The position numbers were made by a program, and so were the translations under genes. Below, in pieces: positions 47,786-58,496 of a stretch of DNA of 60,297 nucleotides. Numbering within the stretch: the stretch's first letter is position 1; each line of letters starts with the position of its first letter. A model generated the notes under the pieces. That model was not told the origin of the DNA. It saw only the letters and a program-made list of their open reading frames with translations, and searched no databases. Source of the DNA: Deltaproteobacteria bacterium TL4 (GTDB lineage: Bacteria > SAR324 > NAC60-12); the NCBI GenBank assembly GCA_051382335.1, contig JBBCAX010000017.1, forward strand, positions 1 through 60,297. The letters run 5' to 3'.

Positions 47786-48964
47786 ATGATTGATGGCACT
47801 ATTGATCCTAACTTTTGGAGAGTGGCAGATGCTTTTGAGCGTCAGTTAAAGCAAATTTCAGGGGGGGCGGCACTTTGTGTTTATTATCAGGGAGAGCCGG
47901 TTGTAGATATTTGGGGTGGGGTTAAAGACAAAGCCGGCAATCCTTGGAAAAAAGACACGTTAGCATTAAGTTTTTCAACGACCAAAGGAGTAACGACGAC
48001 CTTGCTTCACGTGTTAGCAGACCGTGGACTCATTGATTATGAAGAGCCGATTGCTTCATATTGGCCAGAGTTTGATCAACAAGGAAAAGGTCAAATAAAA
48101 ATTCGTCATTTGCTGTGCCATGAAGCAGGTTTGTATAACTTAAGAGGAATGATCAGCGATTTTTCAGAAATTCAGGATTGGAAGCATATCACGAGTCTTT
48201 TGGCCGCAAGTAAAGCCTCACATCGCCCAGGTAAATCAACGGGATATCATGCTCTAACCTACGGCTGGCTTTTAGGAGAGTTAATTGAACGTGTGACCCA
48301 CAAATCATTTATGGAAGTCCTAGATGAAGAATTGGTACAGCCTTTAGATTTGGATGGATTGTATATTGGCCTTCCGCCCGACCAAATGCATCGTCTAGCC
48401 GAAATTATTGATCCACCCATTGTTAAAGGGATTCAATTTATTGAAAAACATGCCCCAAAATTTCCCCAGGAAATCTTGCCCAAAAGTCTGCCTTTGAGCT
48501 TTAGACGAATTAAGAATGCTTTATTGCCGGATAATGTTCATCAATTATTCAATAGTGATCCGGAATATCTCAGCACACCGATTCCTGCCGCCAACGGTGT
48601 TTTTACCGCACGATCTCTTGCAAAACTTTATGCCGTATTAGCAGGGGGTGGTCGCTTGGGAAACGTGAAATTACTTTCACAGGATACCTTATCACGCGTT
48701 AATCGCGTCCAAAGCCGTCGCTTGGATCGTGTTATCCCTGTGATTCTTTACTGGAGAATGGGGTATCATAGTATTCCAACACCCTCGGGTTTTATCAAAA
48801 AAGCCTTTGGTCACTTGGGGCTTGGAGGATCAGGAGGTTGGGCTGATCCTATCCGAAATTTGTCGGTGGGTATGACGCTATCTGATCGATGGATTGGTTC
48901 CCCTATTACAGAAAGCCGAATCGTTTTTATTAATGGCGCTATCATGAAATCAATTGCGAATTGA
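47786..48964 (+). CDS. Serine hydrolase, beta-lactamase class C / family VIII esterase-like
   Basis: VVDIWGG, FSTTKG (SxxK), LLCHEAGL, GYHALTYGWL, FGHLGLGGS.GWADP. Confidence 0.9.
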   Translation: MIDGTIDPNFWRVADAFERQLKQISGGAALCVYYQGEPVVDIWGGVKDKAGNPWKKDTLALSFSTTKGVTTTLLHVLADRGLIDYEEPIASYWPEFDQQGKGQIKIRHLLCHEAGLYNLRGMISDFSEIQDWKHITSLLAASKASHRPGKSTGYHALTYGWLLGELIERVTHKSFMEVLDEELVQPLDLDGLYIGLPPDQMHRLAEIIDPPIVKGIQFIEKHAPKFPQEILPKSLPLSFRRIKNALLPDNVHQLFNSDPEYLSTPIPAANGVFTARSLAKLYAVLAGGGRLGNVKLLSQDTLSRVNRVQSRRLDRVIPVILYWRMGYHSIPTPSGFIKKAFGHLGLGGSGGWADPIRNLSVGMTLSDRWIGSPITESRIVFINGAIMKSIAN

Positions 48965-49144
48965 GATCTTGACATCAACACGTTATCATCGCATATTTCT
49001 TCGTGTGCAGTACTCAGATTTTGAGGGATCCTGGTGTGAAATAAAGACAATTCAGGAATAAGGTCTAGGGTTTGGGTTTTAGCTAATTGACTCAAATTAA
49101 CGTAAAAACGCAGAGAACACCAAGGACCGTAGAGAGAGTCAGCT

Positions 49145-51313
49145 ATGTTCAGAAGCTTTTCAATTACAGGATTATTGATGGTGATGGGAGTGCATTCCCT
49201 CATGGGACAGAGTATACTAAGTCAGCCAGAGTGGATAGAACTCCAAAGTATTCCAACCTCGCTGTTTTCTGTACCGCCTCGACACTCCTTCTTTTCCTCT
49301 GAATATCAGGAGAGTGCTGAAGAACAAAAAAAGGGAACAGCGTCGTCGGGTGGGGACCTGTCCACTAGTGACGAATTTTCCAAATTATTAGAGCGGCTAA
49401 ATGAGGGGGACGAAACAGCTTGGAATAATATTGAGTTTTATCAACAAAAACTGTCCTTAGAGCAATCTCAGGTTTTGAACATCAAAAGTTTATATCAACA
49501 AAAACATTTTTTTGAAGTAGAAGCCCATGCTCAGCAGTTTTTTCAACTATTCCCTGATAGTGTTTATACCTCACAGGTTTACTATGTTTACAATCAAAGT
49601 CTTTTTGCACAAGGAAAGCTATTAGATAAGACCCTTACTGCTCATGAAAAATTATTTCAGGATGTGGATGCCTCTTTACAAAGCTCCTTTCTAAGGATGT
49701 TAAGCCAGGAGGCGATTCGACAAGGAAACCGCTTATTAGCGATGAAGTATCTTATTGAAGAAATGCAACGTTTGACGACAAAACATAGGGTGATTCCTGA
49801 AGACATTTTAGTTCTTGCAAAAGGACTAAAAACCGAAGAAGAACTGCAATGGTTAAAACAAAGTTACTCACATCTGCCTTTTATTGAAGCTGAGCTTCCT
49901 TATCTTCGTGTGTCGCTTTTACTGGAACAAAATAAAATATCTGAAGCGGCTCAATTGATTGAGACGTTGTTACCTCTTACAGAAAGTTCTGAACATTTTG
50001 AGAAGCGAGAACTCTTATTAACGCTCAAAAAAAGGGTTCAAATTATTCAAAACGTGAATCCCTTTAAAATTGGTGTAATCTTACCGATAAGTGCGAATAA
50101 TAAAAATATTGCACAGCTATCTAAAGAAGCATTAGAAGGCATCAGACTTTCTATTTACAAATTAACACAACAGCAAACCATGCTTCGACAAGCGACGGAT
50201 GCAAGCTTGCCACGTTCTGCAATTAATCCTCAACCTTCGGAACTACAACACTCGCCTGAACCCCGCGAAAGTGGAGTAAAGATTCCCTCCTTTGAATTGA
50301 TTGTGAGAGATTCGATGCTCAGCCCTGAAAAAACGCAAGAAGCCGTTCGAGAATTGATTGAAGAGGAGCATGTTATTGCCATCATTGGTCCGATGTTGCG
50401 TAAAACTTCAGAAGCGGCGGCAGAAGAGGCTCAGTTACATCATGTGCCTTTGATTTCCTTATCTATTACTCCCAGCATCCCAGACCTGGGAAACTTTATT
50501 TTTAGAAATAATCAAAACTGGAAACAAGAAATTCAAACTTTGATTCAGTACGCTGTTGACTACCGGCAAGCGGAAAGATTTGTAATCTTGTTTCCAAAAA
50601 CACGTGAAGGGATAGAAAAAAAACAACTGATTTGGGAAGAAGTGGAACGCCTTGGAAAAACGGTTCATGCCACGGAACCTTTTGATTTGCATCAAAAAAG
50701 CTTTGTCGACGCATTTAATGAGCTCACAGGAATGAATCGCTATGTTCCTGAAGATGAACAGGAAATAATGACAGAATTTGAGGAAAAGCAGGTTCCTATC
50801 CACGATTTTGATACCTTGGTTATTGTTTTGGGAACAGGGAATGTGGATGAATTAAAAGTGATTTTTCCATATTCCAATGTTTACGATTTGAAAAAGATAT
50901 TATTTTTGGGTGACAGTGGTTGGAATGATCCTTCTTTAATATTCATGGGAGAGCACGAAGTTCTTCGTCCCGTTTTCACAGATAGTTTTTATAAGCAAAG
51001 TTCACAAAAAGAAGTCCAGGAATTTGTAACGCTCCATGAACAGAATTTTTATCTCTTTTTTAACTACATGGGGCCGTCTCAATATACTGCGTTTGCGTAT
51101 GATACTGCCAACATTTTAATTCAGCTCTTATCAGACGATAAAAATCATACTCATTATCAATTGCAACAAGCACTTTTGAACATGCCTCGTTATCAAGGAG
51201 TCACAGGTAAACTCTACTTCGCCGCAAATGGAGAAATTCAAAGAGAAGTCCAGCTCCTCACAATCAGTGGGATTATGAGTAAGAATACTCGTCAGATTCG
51301 CCCCATCAACTAG
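49145..51313 (+). CDS. LpoA/LppC-like penicillin-binding protein activator (TPR region plus type 1 periplasmic-binding fold)
   Basis: Helical TPR-like N-terminal half; KIGVILPIS, ELIVRDS, VIAIIGP, AFAYDTA, YQGVTGKLYFAANGEIQR. Confidence 0.75.
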   Translation: MFRSFSITGLLMVMGVHSLMGQSILSQPEWIELQSIPTSLFSVPPRHSFFSSEYQESAEEQKKGTASSGGDLSTSDEFSKLLERLNEGDETAWNNIEFYQQKLSLEQSQVLNIKSLYQQKHFFEVEAHAQQFFQLFPDSVYTSQVYYVYNQSLFAQGKLLDKTLTAHEKLFQDVDASLQSSFLRMLSQEAIRQGNRLLAMKYLIEEMQRLTTKHRVIPEDILVLAKGLKTEEELQWLKQSYSHLPFIEAELPYLRVSLLLEQNKISEAAQLIETLLPLTESSEHFEKRELLLTLKKRVQIIQNVNPFKIGVILPISANNKNIAQLSKEALEGIRLSIYKLTQQQTMLRQATDASLPRSAINPQPSELQHSPEPRESGVKIPSFELIVRDSMLSPEKTQEAVRELIEEEHVIAIIGPMLRKTSEAAAEEAQLHHVPLISLSITPSIPDLGNFIFRNNQNWKQEIQTLIQYAVDYRQAERFVILFPKTREGIEKKQLIWEEVERLGKTVHATEPFDLHQKSFVDAFNELTGMNRYVPEDEQEIMTEFEEKQVPIHDFDTLVIVLGTGNVDELKVIFPYSNVYDLKKILFLGDSGWNDPSLIFMGEHEVLRPVFTDSFYKQSSQKEVQEFVTLHEQNFYLFFNYMGPSQYTAFAYDTANILIQLLSDDKNHTHYQLQQALLNMPRYQGVTGKLYFAANGEIQREVQLLTISGIMSKNTRQIRPIN

Positions 51314-51336
51314 GTTTCTGAATCAACTGTTTGCTT

Positions 51337-52338
51337 ATGAAGAATTCTTATTCAGATGAAATCAAAAGGGCGATTCAGCATAACGTGGAAACACATCTGA
51401 CCGATGCTATAGAAACGCTCGAAATAGCAAACATTTTAGAAGAAAATGGAAAACTGGACTGGTCCTGTCGATTCTTGAAAAAGTCTACTAACGCTTCTAT
51501 TGACGCGGTATTAGCACTTAACGATCTCTCAGCTTCCACGGATCAGCATCGCCTTGAGCTTTGGAAGGCTTCTAATGAAACTGTGATCTCACTCCTGGAT
51601 CATTACAAAAAGACCTTTAATAATAATCTGCAGTTTCCTGAAAATTCTCTGAAAACAAAGCAACCTCATAAGGCCTACTCCCTTCTTCTTCACCAATATA
51701 CACTTGAGTTTACGCGATTTTTTAAAGAAATACGTCGACACGTAAAAACGACACTCTTCACTTCCTCACAATTGGAATCCATTCAGAGTCAACGAATAAA
51801 GCAAGCAAAACGCTACTTAGTGGTGGGAATAAGCTTCCTTGTTTTGGCAGGGACCTCCTTGGGGTCCTATCTAATTTTGGATCCTCACCATGTTTTTTAC
51901 ACACAACCCAAACTTTATTGGAAACAGCCAACGCAAGATTGGTCAGAGACCTATTCCTTTCCTTTCAAACAAAAAACTGATCATCAATTTTATGAAAACA
52001 CACTCGAATATGGCAGTCCGATAAAACTCATCGCTATTCGTTTTGATCCCGCACCTCTGGCTATTTCAGAAGCAGAAGTGGATTGGATTCGTTTATATGA
52101 CGATAAAAACGCGCTTCTGATGCATTTTGATTTTAATAAAAATGACGTTCTATGGCTCTGTCATCAGTGTGAAGTTATTCCTACGGCACAAAGCACGTGG
52201 CTGGTAAACTCTTTAGATGGTGATCCTTATCTTGTGAGTCCCGATTTTGCTCCAATAGAAGTAAAAAAGATTCAAATACGAACCCGACTACGGGACAAAA
52301 TTCCTTTTTGGAAATGGATTTTAAAACTGGAATCATGA
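51337..52338 (+). CDS. Hypothetical membrane protein (helical N-domain, one TM, beta-sandwich-like C-domain)
   Basis: Long ORF in operon context, single TM YLVVGISFLVLAGTSLGSYLIL; ATGA overlap with rimI. Confidence 0.7.
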   Translation: MKNSYSDEIKRAIQHNVETHLTDAIETLEIANILEENGKLDWSCRFLKKSTNASIDAVLALNDLSASTDQHRLELWKASNETVISLLDHYKKTFNNNLQFPENSLKTKQPHKAYSLLLHQYTLEFTRFFKEIRRHVKTTLFTSSQLESIQSQRIKQAKRYLVVGISFLVLAGTSLGSYLILDPHHVFYTQPKLYWKQPTQDWSETYSFPFKQKTDHQFYENTLEYGSPIKLIAIRFDPAPLAISEAEVDWIRLYDDKNALLMHFDFNKNDVLWLCHQCEVIPTAQSTWLVNSLDGDPYLVSPDFAPIEVKKIQIRTRLRDKIPFWKWILKLES

Positions 52339-52796
52339 ATTTTCACGTTAAAGAAGAAAAAACGGCTGATTCCTTAGGCCTTTTAGATCAGCAGTGCTTC
52401 GACCCCCATTGGAATCAGCAAGCGTACTCAGGTTTTTTAAATAACCCTCATTTTCATGGATGGGTGTTGGAGGAGGACCCTCGTATTCCTCTGGCATTTA
52501 TCGCGTTGATGCATGTGCTGTCAGAGGTTGAAATATTAAGAATTGGCGTTCTGCCTCAACATCGAAAGAAGGGGGTTGCCTCTCAACTGCTTGTTTCCCT
52601 TGAAAACTATGCGCAAAATCACTTGGTCGAAGCTGTTTTTCTTGAAGTTCATGAAAAAAATCAAGCTGCGCTTAAACTCTATAATAAATGTGGATTTTAC
52701 AAAATAGGGGAACGAAAGGACTACTATTTGCACCCTCCTGGGAAGGCGTTGGTTCTGAGGAAGCAATACAATGGAGACAGAGTGTTTTTTACTTGA
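52335..52796 (+). CDS. rimI: Ribosomal protein S18 alanine N-acetyltransferase (GNAT)
   Basis: LDQQCF..HW, EVEILRIGVLPQHRKKGVA, FLEVHEKNQAALKLYNKCGF..IGERKDYY. Confidence 0.88.
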   Translation: MNFHVKEEKTADSLGLLDQQCFDPHWNQQAYSGFLNNPHFHGWVLEEDPRIPLAFIALMHVLSEVEILRIGVLPQHRKKGVASQLLVSLENYAQNHLVEAVFLEVHEKNQAALKLYNKCGFYKIGERKDYYLHPPGKALVLRKQYNGDRVFFT

Positions 52797-52956
52797 CGCT
52801 TGCCAGGGCCTCATTGTATTTTTTCACCAATAGTGGCATCCTTTTGTTTACATCGCAGAAATTATTCGTTATAAAGCATTTAGCTTAAGAAAATAAGCAC
52901 TCTGTTCTTTAGAAGTTAAGAAACAATCCTGCCAACACACTGCAAACGGGACACCT

Positions 52957-54339
52957 ATGAGATTTAATATACAGTTCAAAATACAAGCCTTAAACATTGC
53001 GGTTCTCCTGCTCATACTCATTAATGTAGGAACGGCGGCAAGTAACTTTAAGCAAATTGGAATACAATCGAAGGAAATTTCAGAAATTTCCAACAAGACC
53101 GTCGCGTTTGTTGAAGCATCCACAATGGAGGCCAAAAGAAAGGGGAAGCTTCAAGAATCACTTCGTTCCCTTGAAGAACTTAATGAAGAGATACAGGTCA
53201 AAGGGGAAGCCGCCATCAATATGCAATTTTCACTCTTTGTTTTTAATATTGTTTTTGGCACAGTCTTGAGTTTCATCATCTCTAATCAAATTACTCGTCC
53301 TTTGAAATATACGGTGGAACAGCTTCGTTGTATCGCCAGAGGGGATCTCACCCAATCCGATTTACTGATCAATACTACTGATGAAGTTGCGGATATGGCA
53401 GAAGCCATGAATGAGATGAAAAATGATTTATCGGCAACGTTCAGCGAGATATTTAGGACAGCGTTAGAAGTAGAGCGTTCTTCACATGCAATGGCGGAGT
53501 CAACGCGCCGTACTACCAAGAGTGTAAAGGATATTGCTTCGGGCGCAAAGAATCAGGCAAAGTCGGTTCATGAAGCGTCTGAATCCATGGAAGAGATGAA
53601 TGCAACCATCAAAACGGTCATTGACAGCACTCAGCAGGCCCTTTTTTCTTCGAATGCTGTTAACAAGCAAGCCGAGGATGGGGAGGTTGCCGTTTCCAAA
53701 ACCATCGAAGCGATGAAACAGATTGAAGAAAGTTCCGGTAAGATTGAAGCCATTGTTTCTGTAATTACCGATATCACTAACCAAACAAACCTTTTATCAT
53801 TAAATGCGGCCATTGAGGCGGCAAAAGCGGGTGAAATGGGAAAAGGCTTTGCTGTTGTGGCCGACGAAGTAAGACATTTAGCGGAGCGCTCAGCAGGCGC
53901 TACCTCTGAAATTTTTGATTTGATCACAGAAAGTACTGACCGTGTTAATAATGGAACTCAGCTTGTGGAACATACGGGTAAATCACTTCATGAAATTATG
54001 GTAAGTGTGAAGCAAACTTCGGGTTTGATTGATGCCATTTCTTCAGCAATTACCAGTCATCGGACCAAAACGGTTCATGTGGAAGATACCCTGAAGATTC
54101 TGGATAGTATCAGTCAAACAACGGTTGGCAGTACTGGAAGACTGTCTAAAACGACGGAAAGCCTTGAAGCAACAGCGGTAAGACTGGAAAATGTCGCTGA
54201 GCGTCTCCATGAGACAGTGGAGCAGTTCAAGTTGCCTGATATGGATCAATTAATGATGTTGGAGGATCCTGAGTTAGCATCGGATGCTACGAAAGGCGCA
54301 AACGCCTCTAATTCCTCCAATCGTGTTGCTAAGGCATAA
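52957..54339 (+). CDS. Methyl-accepting chemotaxis protein with a short periplasmic loop
   Basis: Two TM helices, HAMP (DEVADMA), [34 protein letters not shown]. Confidence 0.94.
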   Translation: MRFNIQFKIQALNIAVLLLILINVGTAASNFKQIGIQSKEISEISNKTVAFVEASTMEAKRKGKLQESLRSLEELNEEIQVKGEAAINMQFSLFVFNIVFGTVLSFIISNQITRPLKYTVEQLRCIARGDLTQSDLLINTTDEVADMAEAMNEMKNDLSATFSEIFRTALEVERSSHAMAESTRRTTKSVKDIASGAKNQAKSVHEASESMEEMNATIKTVIDSTQQALFSSNAVNKQAEDGEVAVSKTIEAMKQIEESSGKIEAIVSVITDITNQTNLLSLNAAIEAAKAGEMGKGFAVVADEVRHLAERSAGATSEIFDLITESTDRVNNGTQLVEHTGKSLHEIMVSVKQTSGLIDAISSAITSHRTKTVHVEDTLKILDSISQTTVGSTGRLSKTTESLEATAVRLENVAERLHETVEQFKLPDMDQLMMLEDPELASDATKGANASNSSNRVAKA

Positions 54340-55816
54340 CCTGAAGTTGGTGTTTTTGAACTTTCCCCATGGCGTTTCTCGGTAAAGCCTTCATTCGCAT
54401 CAAATGTTTAGGGATTTTGTAGGAGGTCAGGTACTGTTTACAGAAGTTCTGGAGTTGTTCTAAACTCAGTGAGGCTCCTGGTGCTTCAACAATGACGGCG
54501 TGAACCGCTTCACCAAAGTCTGAATCCGGTTTTCCAATCACCGCGCATTCCTGAATCTCTGGCATTTGTACTAAAACCTCCTCCACTTCGTTAGGATAAA
54601 CATTGTACCCGCCGGTAATAATTAACTCTTTTTTGCGGCCAACAATTTCTAATACTCCCTCATCGTCAAGCCTGGCTAAATCACCTGTTCGAAACCAATT
54701 CTCATAAAAACTCTGGGCATTCGCCTCGGGACGATTTAAATATCCCTTAAAGACATTCGGTCCTTTAATCCACACTTCTCCAATGTTTCCAACCGCAATA
54801 GGCTGGTCTGCGTCATTCCTCAACTCAAGTTGAATATTAGGAAGGGCGTGTCCCACTTTCCCAGGAATTCGTGGACCCTCATAAGGATTGGTTGTATTGA
54901 TTAAGGTTTCTGTGAGGCCGTAACGTTCAATTATTTGATGCCCCGTTTTTTGATAAAACCGTTCGAATAAGTCGGCACTCAAGGGTGCGGATCCCGAAGT
55001 AAACAAGCGCATTGGTGATTCCCGAACCGAACTGAGTTCCTCACAGGCTGCCAAGCGATGATACATGGTGGGAACCCCCATAAACAAGGTGATTTGATGG
55101 GAAATGATTTTTGAAAGTACTTTTTTTGCGTCAAATCCCTTACAAATCCATGTCGTATGTCCAAAAAGGAAACTGCCAAAAAGTCCCAGCATGAGTCCAT
55201 GGACATGAAACATAGGAAGCGTGAGCAGGAAACGATCCTTTGCCGTGACTTTCCAACAAGACAGTAAGGTATGGACATTAAATAAAATATTGTGGTGACT
55301 GAGACATGCGCCTTTGGGATGTCCCGTTGTCCCTGAAGTATAACAAATATAGGCAGTATCCTCAGCGTGGCCGGTATTTTCTAAAACAGGCGCATCCACA
55401 AACAACGATTTAAACGTCGGTACATCATCAAAAACATCGATCCATCTTTTGAGGCAGGGACAGTCGCGTTTTAAGGTTTCGATTTTCTCCTTGGAGCAAT
55501 TTGAGGAAAAGACCGCTGACGCTTTTGAATCTTGCAGTAGGTAGCTAAGTTCATGGTTTGTGTAGCCTGGATTCAGTGGTAACGCAATGCCTCCGATTTT
55601 TAGAATGGCAAGATGAACCAAGACTAACTCTATACAGTTTTCAATAGCGACACCAATCACCGCTCCTGAGGGAATCCCTTGTTCGAGGAGTCCGGAAGCC
55701 AATTGGTTTGAGTGTCTATGGAGCAGTTCAAAAGAGTAAAAAGACGACTCATCATAAAGGCCATGTTTGGGGTGCTGGCTGACAGTTTTCAGAAAAGCGT
55801 CGATAAGTGTATTCAT
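54329..55816 (-). CDS. Acyl-CoA synthetase (AMP-binding, malonyl-CoA synthetase MatB/ACSF3-like)
   Basis: YTSGTTGHPKG, LPMFHVHGL, FMGVPTMY, SGSAPL, ERYGLTE, WFRTGD, LPRNAMGKVQK. Confidence 0.88.
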   Translation of the reverse strand: MNTLIDAFLKTVSQHPKHGLYDESSFYSFELLHRHSNQLASGLLEQGIPSGAVIGVAIENCIELVLVHLAILKIGGIALPLNPGYTNHELSYLLQDSKASAVFSSNCSKEKIETLKRDCPCLKRWIDVFDDVPTFKSLFVDAPVLENTGHAEDTAYICYTSGTTGHPKGACLSHHNILFNVHTLLSCWKVTAKDRFLLTLPMFHVHGLMLGLFGSFLFGHTTWICKGFDAKKVLSKIISHQITLFMGVPTMYHRLAACEELSSVRESPMRLFTSGSAPLSADLFERFYQKTGHQIIERYGLTETLINTTNPYEGPRIPGKVGHALPNIQLELRNDADQPIAVGNIGEVWIKGPNVFKGYLNRPEANAQSFYENWFRTGDLARLDDEGVLEIVGRKKELIITGGYNVYPNEVEEVLVQMPEIQECAVIGKPDSDFGEAVHAVIVEAPGASLSLEQLQNFCKQYLTSYKIPKHLMRMKALPRNAMGKVQKHQLQVMP

Positions 55817-55832
55817 GGAGAACCGAGAAGAG

Positions 55833-56954
55833 TTACATTAAGGGAGCACTAGGCTGTTCTTTTGAGGCGGTCCGCTTTTTATCCAGAATCATATTAAAAG
55901 AATAAAGCAAACTATTTTGGAGCTGTTGAAAGTAATGATCCGCTTCGGAGTGTTTAGCCGTAGGGAGTTCAATGGTATAGATCGGGATGTTCCATTCCGT
56001 ACCAAACCGGCCTAAGCTTCCTGGAAATGTACGATAGTCACGAAAGATGATATTACTGTCCTTAGCGAACTTTACCGCAAGCGCTTGAGCGGTTTTTTGA
56101 ATTTTTTCGATGTTTTTGTCTGTCGTACTTTGCTGAGTATAGTCCATATCAAGAAAATTCAAGGGAGCATGAATGGAGATTACTTTATCAGGAGTATGGC
56201 GCAAAATAAGGGAAATCAAAAATTGATTTTCAGGTTCAGAATTAGCGGACACTCCAGGATAACGACGCACATCTTCATGATGATTTTTTTGCCACATACG
56301 ATGAGCCAGAATATGCCAATCCCGTGTGGGCATATTTCGATTCAAATCAACGTTTCTGGAGTTGGTTCGTGTTTTATATTTTCGCAAAAAGCCATCAGGA
56401 TTTAATAATGGAACAATCACCAATTGATTATTAATACTGAGTTCCTGAGTTTTCAACATTTTCAACAATCGAAAACAATGATAAAGGGTGTTTTCGTCAG
56501 AATGAACGCTACAGACCAGAATGGAGGTCACCGGCTTTTTTCCCAAAACGGCATATAATAGCGGATACCCTGAAGCCGAGTAAGCTTCCGTCTGCCAATC
56601 CGCTGGATCACAGTGAATATCACTCCATTTGTATTTTATAATTTCTTGATTTAAATTTTCACATAATTCTTGAACGGTATGCTTTCTCTCCCCCAAAGAC
56701 AGAGGCGAAACATAGTCCAGATGGATCCAACCCGATTGCTTCCATTCATATTCAATAAGTCCCCAGCCTTCCTTCTTTTCCAGAATATTAAATTGTTGTC
56801 CCTGAAAAACCTGCCTTACGCGGCGTCCTTCAGGGAGATGCCTGACATTGAGTATGGGTGTGTTGATGACCACTGACTTTAGATCTTCTGCGATTCCAAA
56901 GGAAGCCCAACTGATACACCCTAATGAAACCATAAGTATTATGAATTTTTTCAT
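55833..56954 (-). CDS. Exported SH3-domain M14 zinc carboxypeptidase (murein peptide amidase MpaA-like)
   Basis: Signal peptide; SH3b-like LNVR...GW.LI....SGWIHLDYV; M14 motifs VHSDE, NPDG, RTN...VDLNRN, ISIHAP, TIELP. Confidence 0.82.
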   Translation of the reverse strand: MKKFIILMVSLGCISWASFGIAEDLKSVVINTPILNVRHLPEGRRVRQVFQGQQFNILEKKEGWGLIEYEWKQSGWIHLDYVSPLSLGERKHTVQELCENLNQEIIKYKWSDIHCDPADWQTEAYSASGYPLLYAVLGKKPVTSILVCSVHSDENTLYHCFRLLKMLKTQELSINNQLVIVPLLNPDGFLRKYKTRTNSRNVDLNRNMPTRDWHILAHRMWQKNHHEDVRRYPGVSANSEPENQFLISLILRHTPDKVISIHAPLNFLDMDYTQQSTTDKNIEKIQKTAQALAVKFAKDSNIIFRDYRTFPGSLGRFGTEWNIPIYTIELPTAKHSEADHYFQQLQNSLLYSFNMILDKKRTASKEQPSAPLM

Positions 56955-57004
56955 TCTAATTGTCTTACAGAAATTGAGTTTAGTAAAGAAGTTCCCATAA
57001 CATC

Positions 57005-58354
57005 TTAAGTTAACATTCTCATGACATCACCAAGTAAATAAAAAGATCCAGCCACAACTAAAGGTCTGTGTCTTAAGGCATATGCCGCGTTGAGCGCGTC
57101 TTCAACGTTGGAACTACACTGAAAATGTTCCTTTGAGCTCATCGTTGTGCTTTCCGTAACAAATTGAAGCAGTTGTTCAGAAGACGCGGATCGAGCGGAA
57201 TTTGCTGTTGTAAAAATTACCTGACGCGCATTGGACGCCAATTCTAACAAGGGTTTTCGCAAAGGTAAAACCAATTTATCACGTGAAATTCCCAATATCA
57301 GAATATAATCCTGAATTTCCCACAACTTGAGTTGGGATATCAGGGCATTGATCGCTTCGGCGTTATGACCGCCATCAAAAACAACAGACAGAAACGGTTC
57401 TTTAAAGGTTCTTCCGAGAAACCTCTGGTAATACTCCAGACGTCCTGGCAAAGAGAGCGCAGACACATGGGTTGCCCATTTTTTCCGATCTTGGATCGTG
57501 CCTTGAAATAAGCATTGCATCCCCTGTAACGCCAGTTTAAGGCATTCTCTCCATGGAAGTGTATGCTGGAGGGTGCGTTGTATTTGAAAACCTTCTCCAT
57601 CATTCCACTGAACGCTTAAGTGATCCGCGTTATTTTCGATCTGTAAGTCCTCCGCATGATACGCGGGAATATGAAAACGTTGAAGGTAATCCCGTATCAA
57701 CGGCTGAATAGAAGGCTCCTGAGGTGCGAGAATAACGGGAACGCCTTCACGTAGAATTCCAAGTTTTTCCAAGGCGATCTCCTTCAACGTATTTCCAAGA
57801 ACATTCATATGATCCCAACCAATAGAGGTGATGATACTCAAGGCTTTGGGTGTGACATTGGTGGAGTCGGCCTTTCCTCCAAGACCGGTTTCCAGAACAA
57901 CCCATTCCAGTTGAGCCTCTTTAAAAGCACAAAAGGCCATCGTTGTCAGAATATCAAAAAAGGAAACAAAAGGCGTCCCGTGGTAAGAAGACACCAGCGC
58001 TAACACCTGGGAGGCATGACGAGCAAAAGACGCTTTCTCAATCCATTGGTCATTCAGCACAATTCGTTCCCGAATGTCAGCAAGGTGTGGCGAATTATAC
58101 CAGCCTACCTGATATCCCTCCTTACAAAGCATCTGAGAAATCATTTTTCCGGTTAAGCCTTTTCCATTAGTTCCCGCAATATGAATGATTTGATAATGCT
58201 GTTCAGGGTGTCCCAGGTCTTCGAGAAGTTGCTGAATGCCAATCAACTTGGACATATCCCTGGCAACCGCTGTTTTTTCAAAATTACCGTACTGATCCAG
58301 TTGACTGAGAACCTGATCATAGGATTGATTCTCTTCCTGTAAATTTTGGCTCAC
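57005..58354 (-). CDS. folC: Folylpolyglutamate synthase / dihydrofolate synthase
   Basis: IHIAGTNGKG, SPHL..IRERI, LETGLGG..DSTNV, IGWDHM..LGNTL..IA.EK.GI, DGGHN, VAGSFYL. Confidence 0.94.
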   Translation of the reverse strand: MSQNLQEENQSYDQVLSQLDQYGNFEKTAVARDMSKLIGIQQLLEDLGHPEQHYQIIHIAGTNGKGLTGKMISQMLCKEGYQVGWYNSPHLADIRERIVLNDQWIEKASFARHASQVLALVSSYHGTPFVSFFDILTTMAFCAFKEAQLEWVVLETGLGGKADSTNVTPKALSIITSIGWDHMNVLGNTLKEIALEKLGILREGVPVILAPQEPSIQPLIRDYLQRFHIPAYHAEDLQIENNADHLSVQWNDGEGFQIQRTLQHTLPWRECLKLALQGMQCLFQGTIQDRKKWATHVSALSLPGRLEYYQRFLGRTFKEPFLSVVFDGGHNAEAINALISQLKLWEIQDYILILGISRDKLVLPLRKPLLELASNARQVIFTTANSARSASSEQLLQFVTESTTMSSKEHFQCSSNVEDALNAAYALRHRPLVVAGSFYLLGDVMRMLT

Positions 58355-58496
58355 CCATTTCCTTTCCGGATAAAATCGACTGTGCCCTTAGAAAATTCCA
58401 GATTTGACCTTGTTTTGCTGCGATCTAACCTCCCGTTGTCATTATTGCAGCAAGTTTTAGACCTCAGCCTTTTTTTTGCCAGTCGATATCCACAAC

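Noticed and set aside
47786..48964. Antibiotic-resistance beta-lactamase
   Set aside because: No signal peptide, and motifs fit cytoplasmic family VIII esterases rather than AmpC.
52834..52848. Sigma54 promoter TGGCATCCTTTTGTT upstream of the third MCP
   Set aside because: The -12 element reads TTGT rather than TTGC; too weak without data.
54329..54339. 11-bp convergent overlap of MCP and acyl-CoA synthetase
   Set aside because: Short tail-to-tail overlaps are common and imply nothing special.
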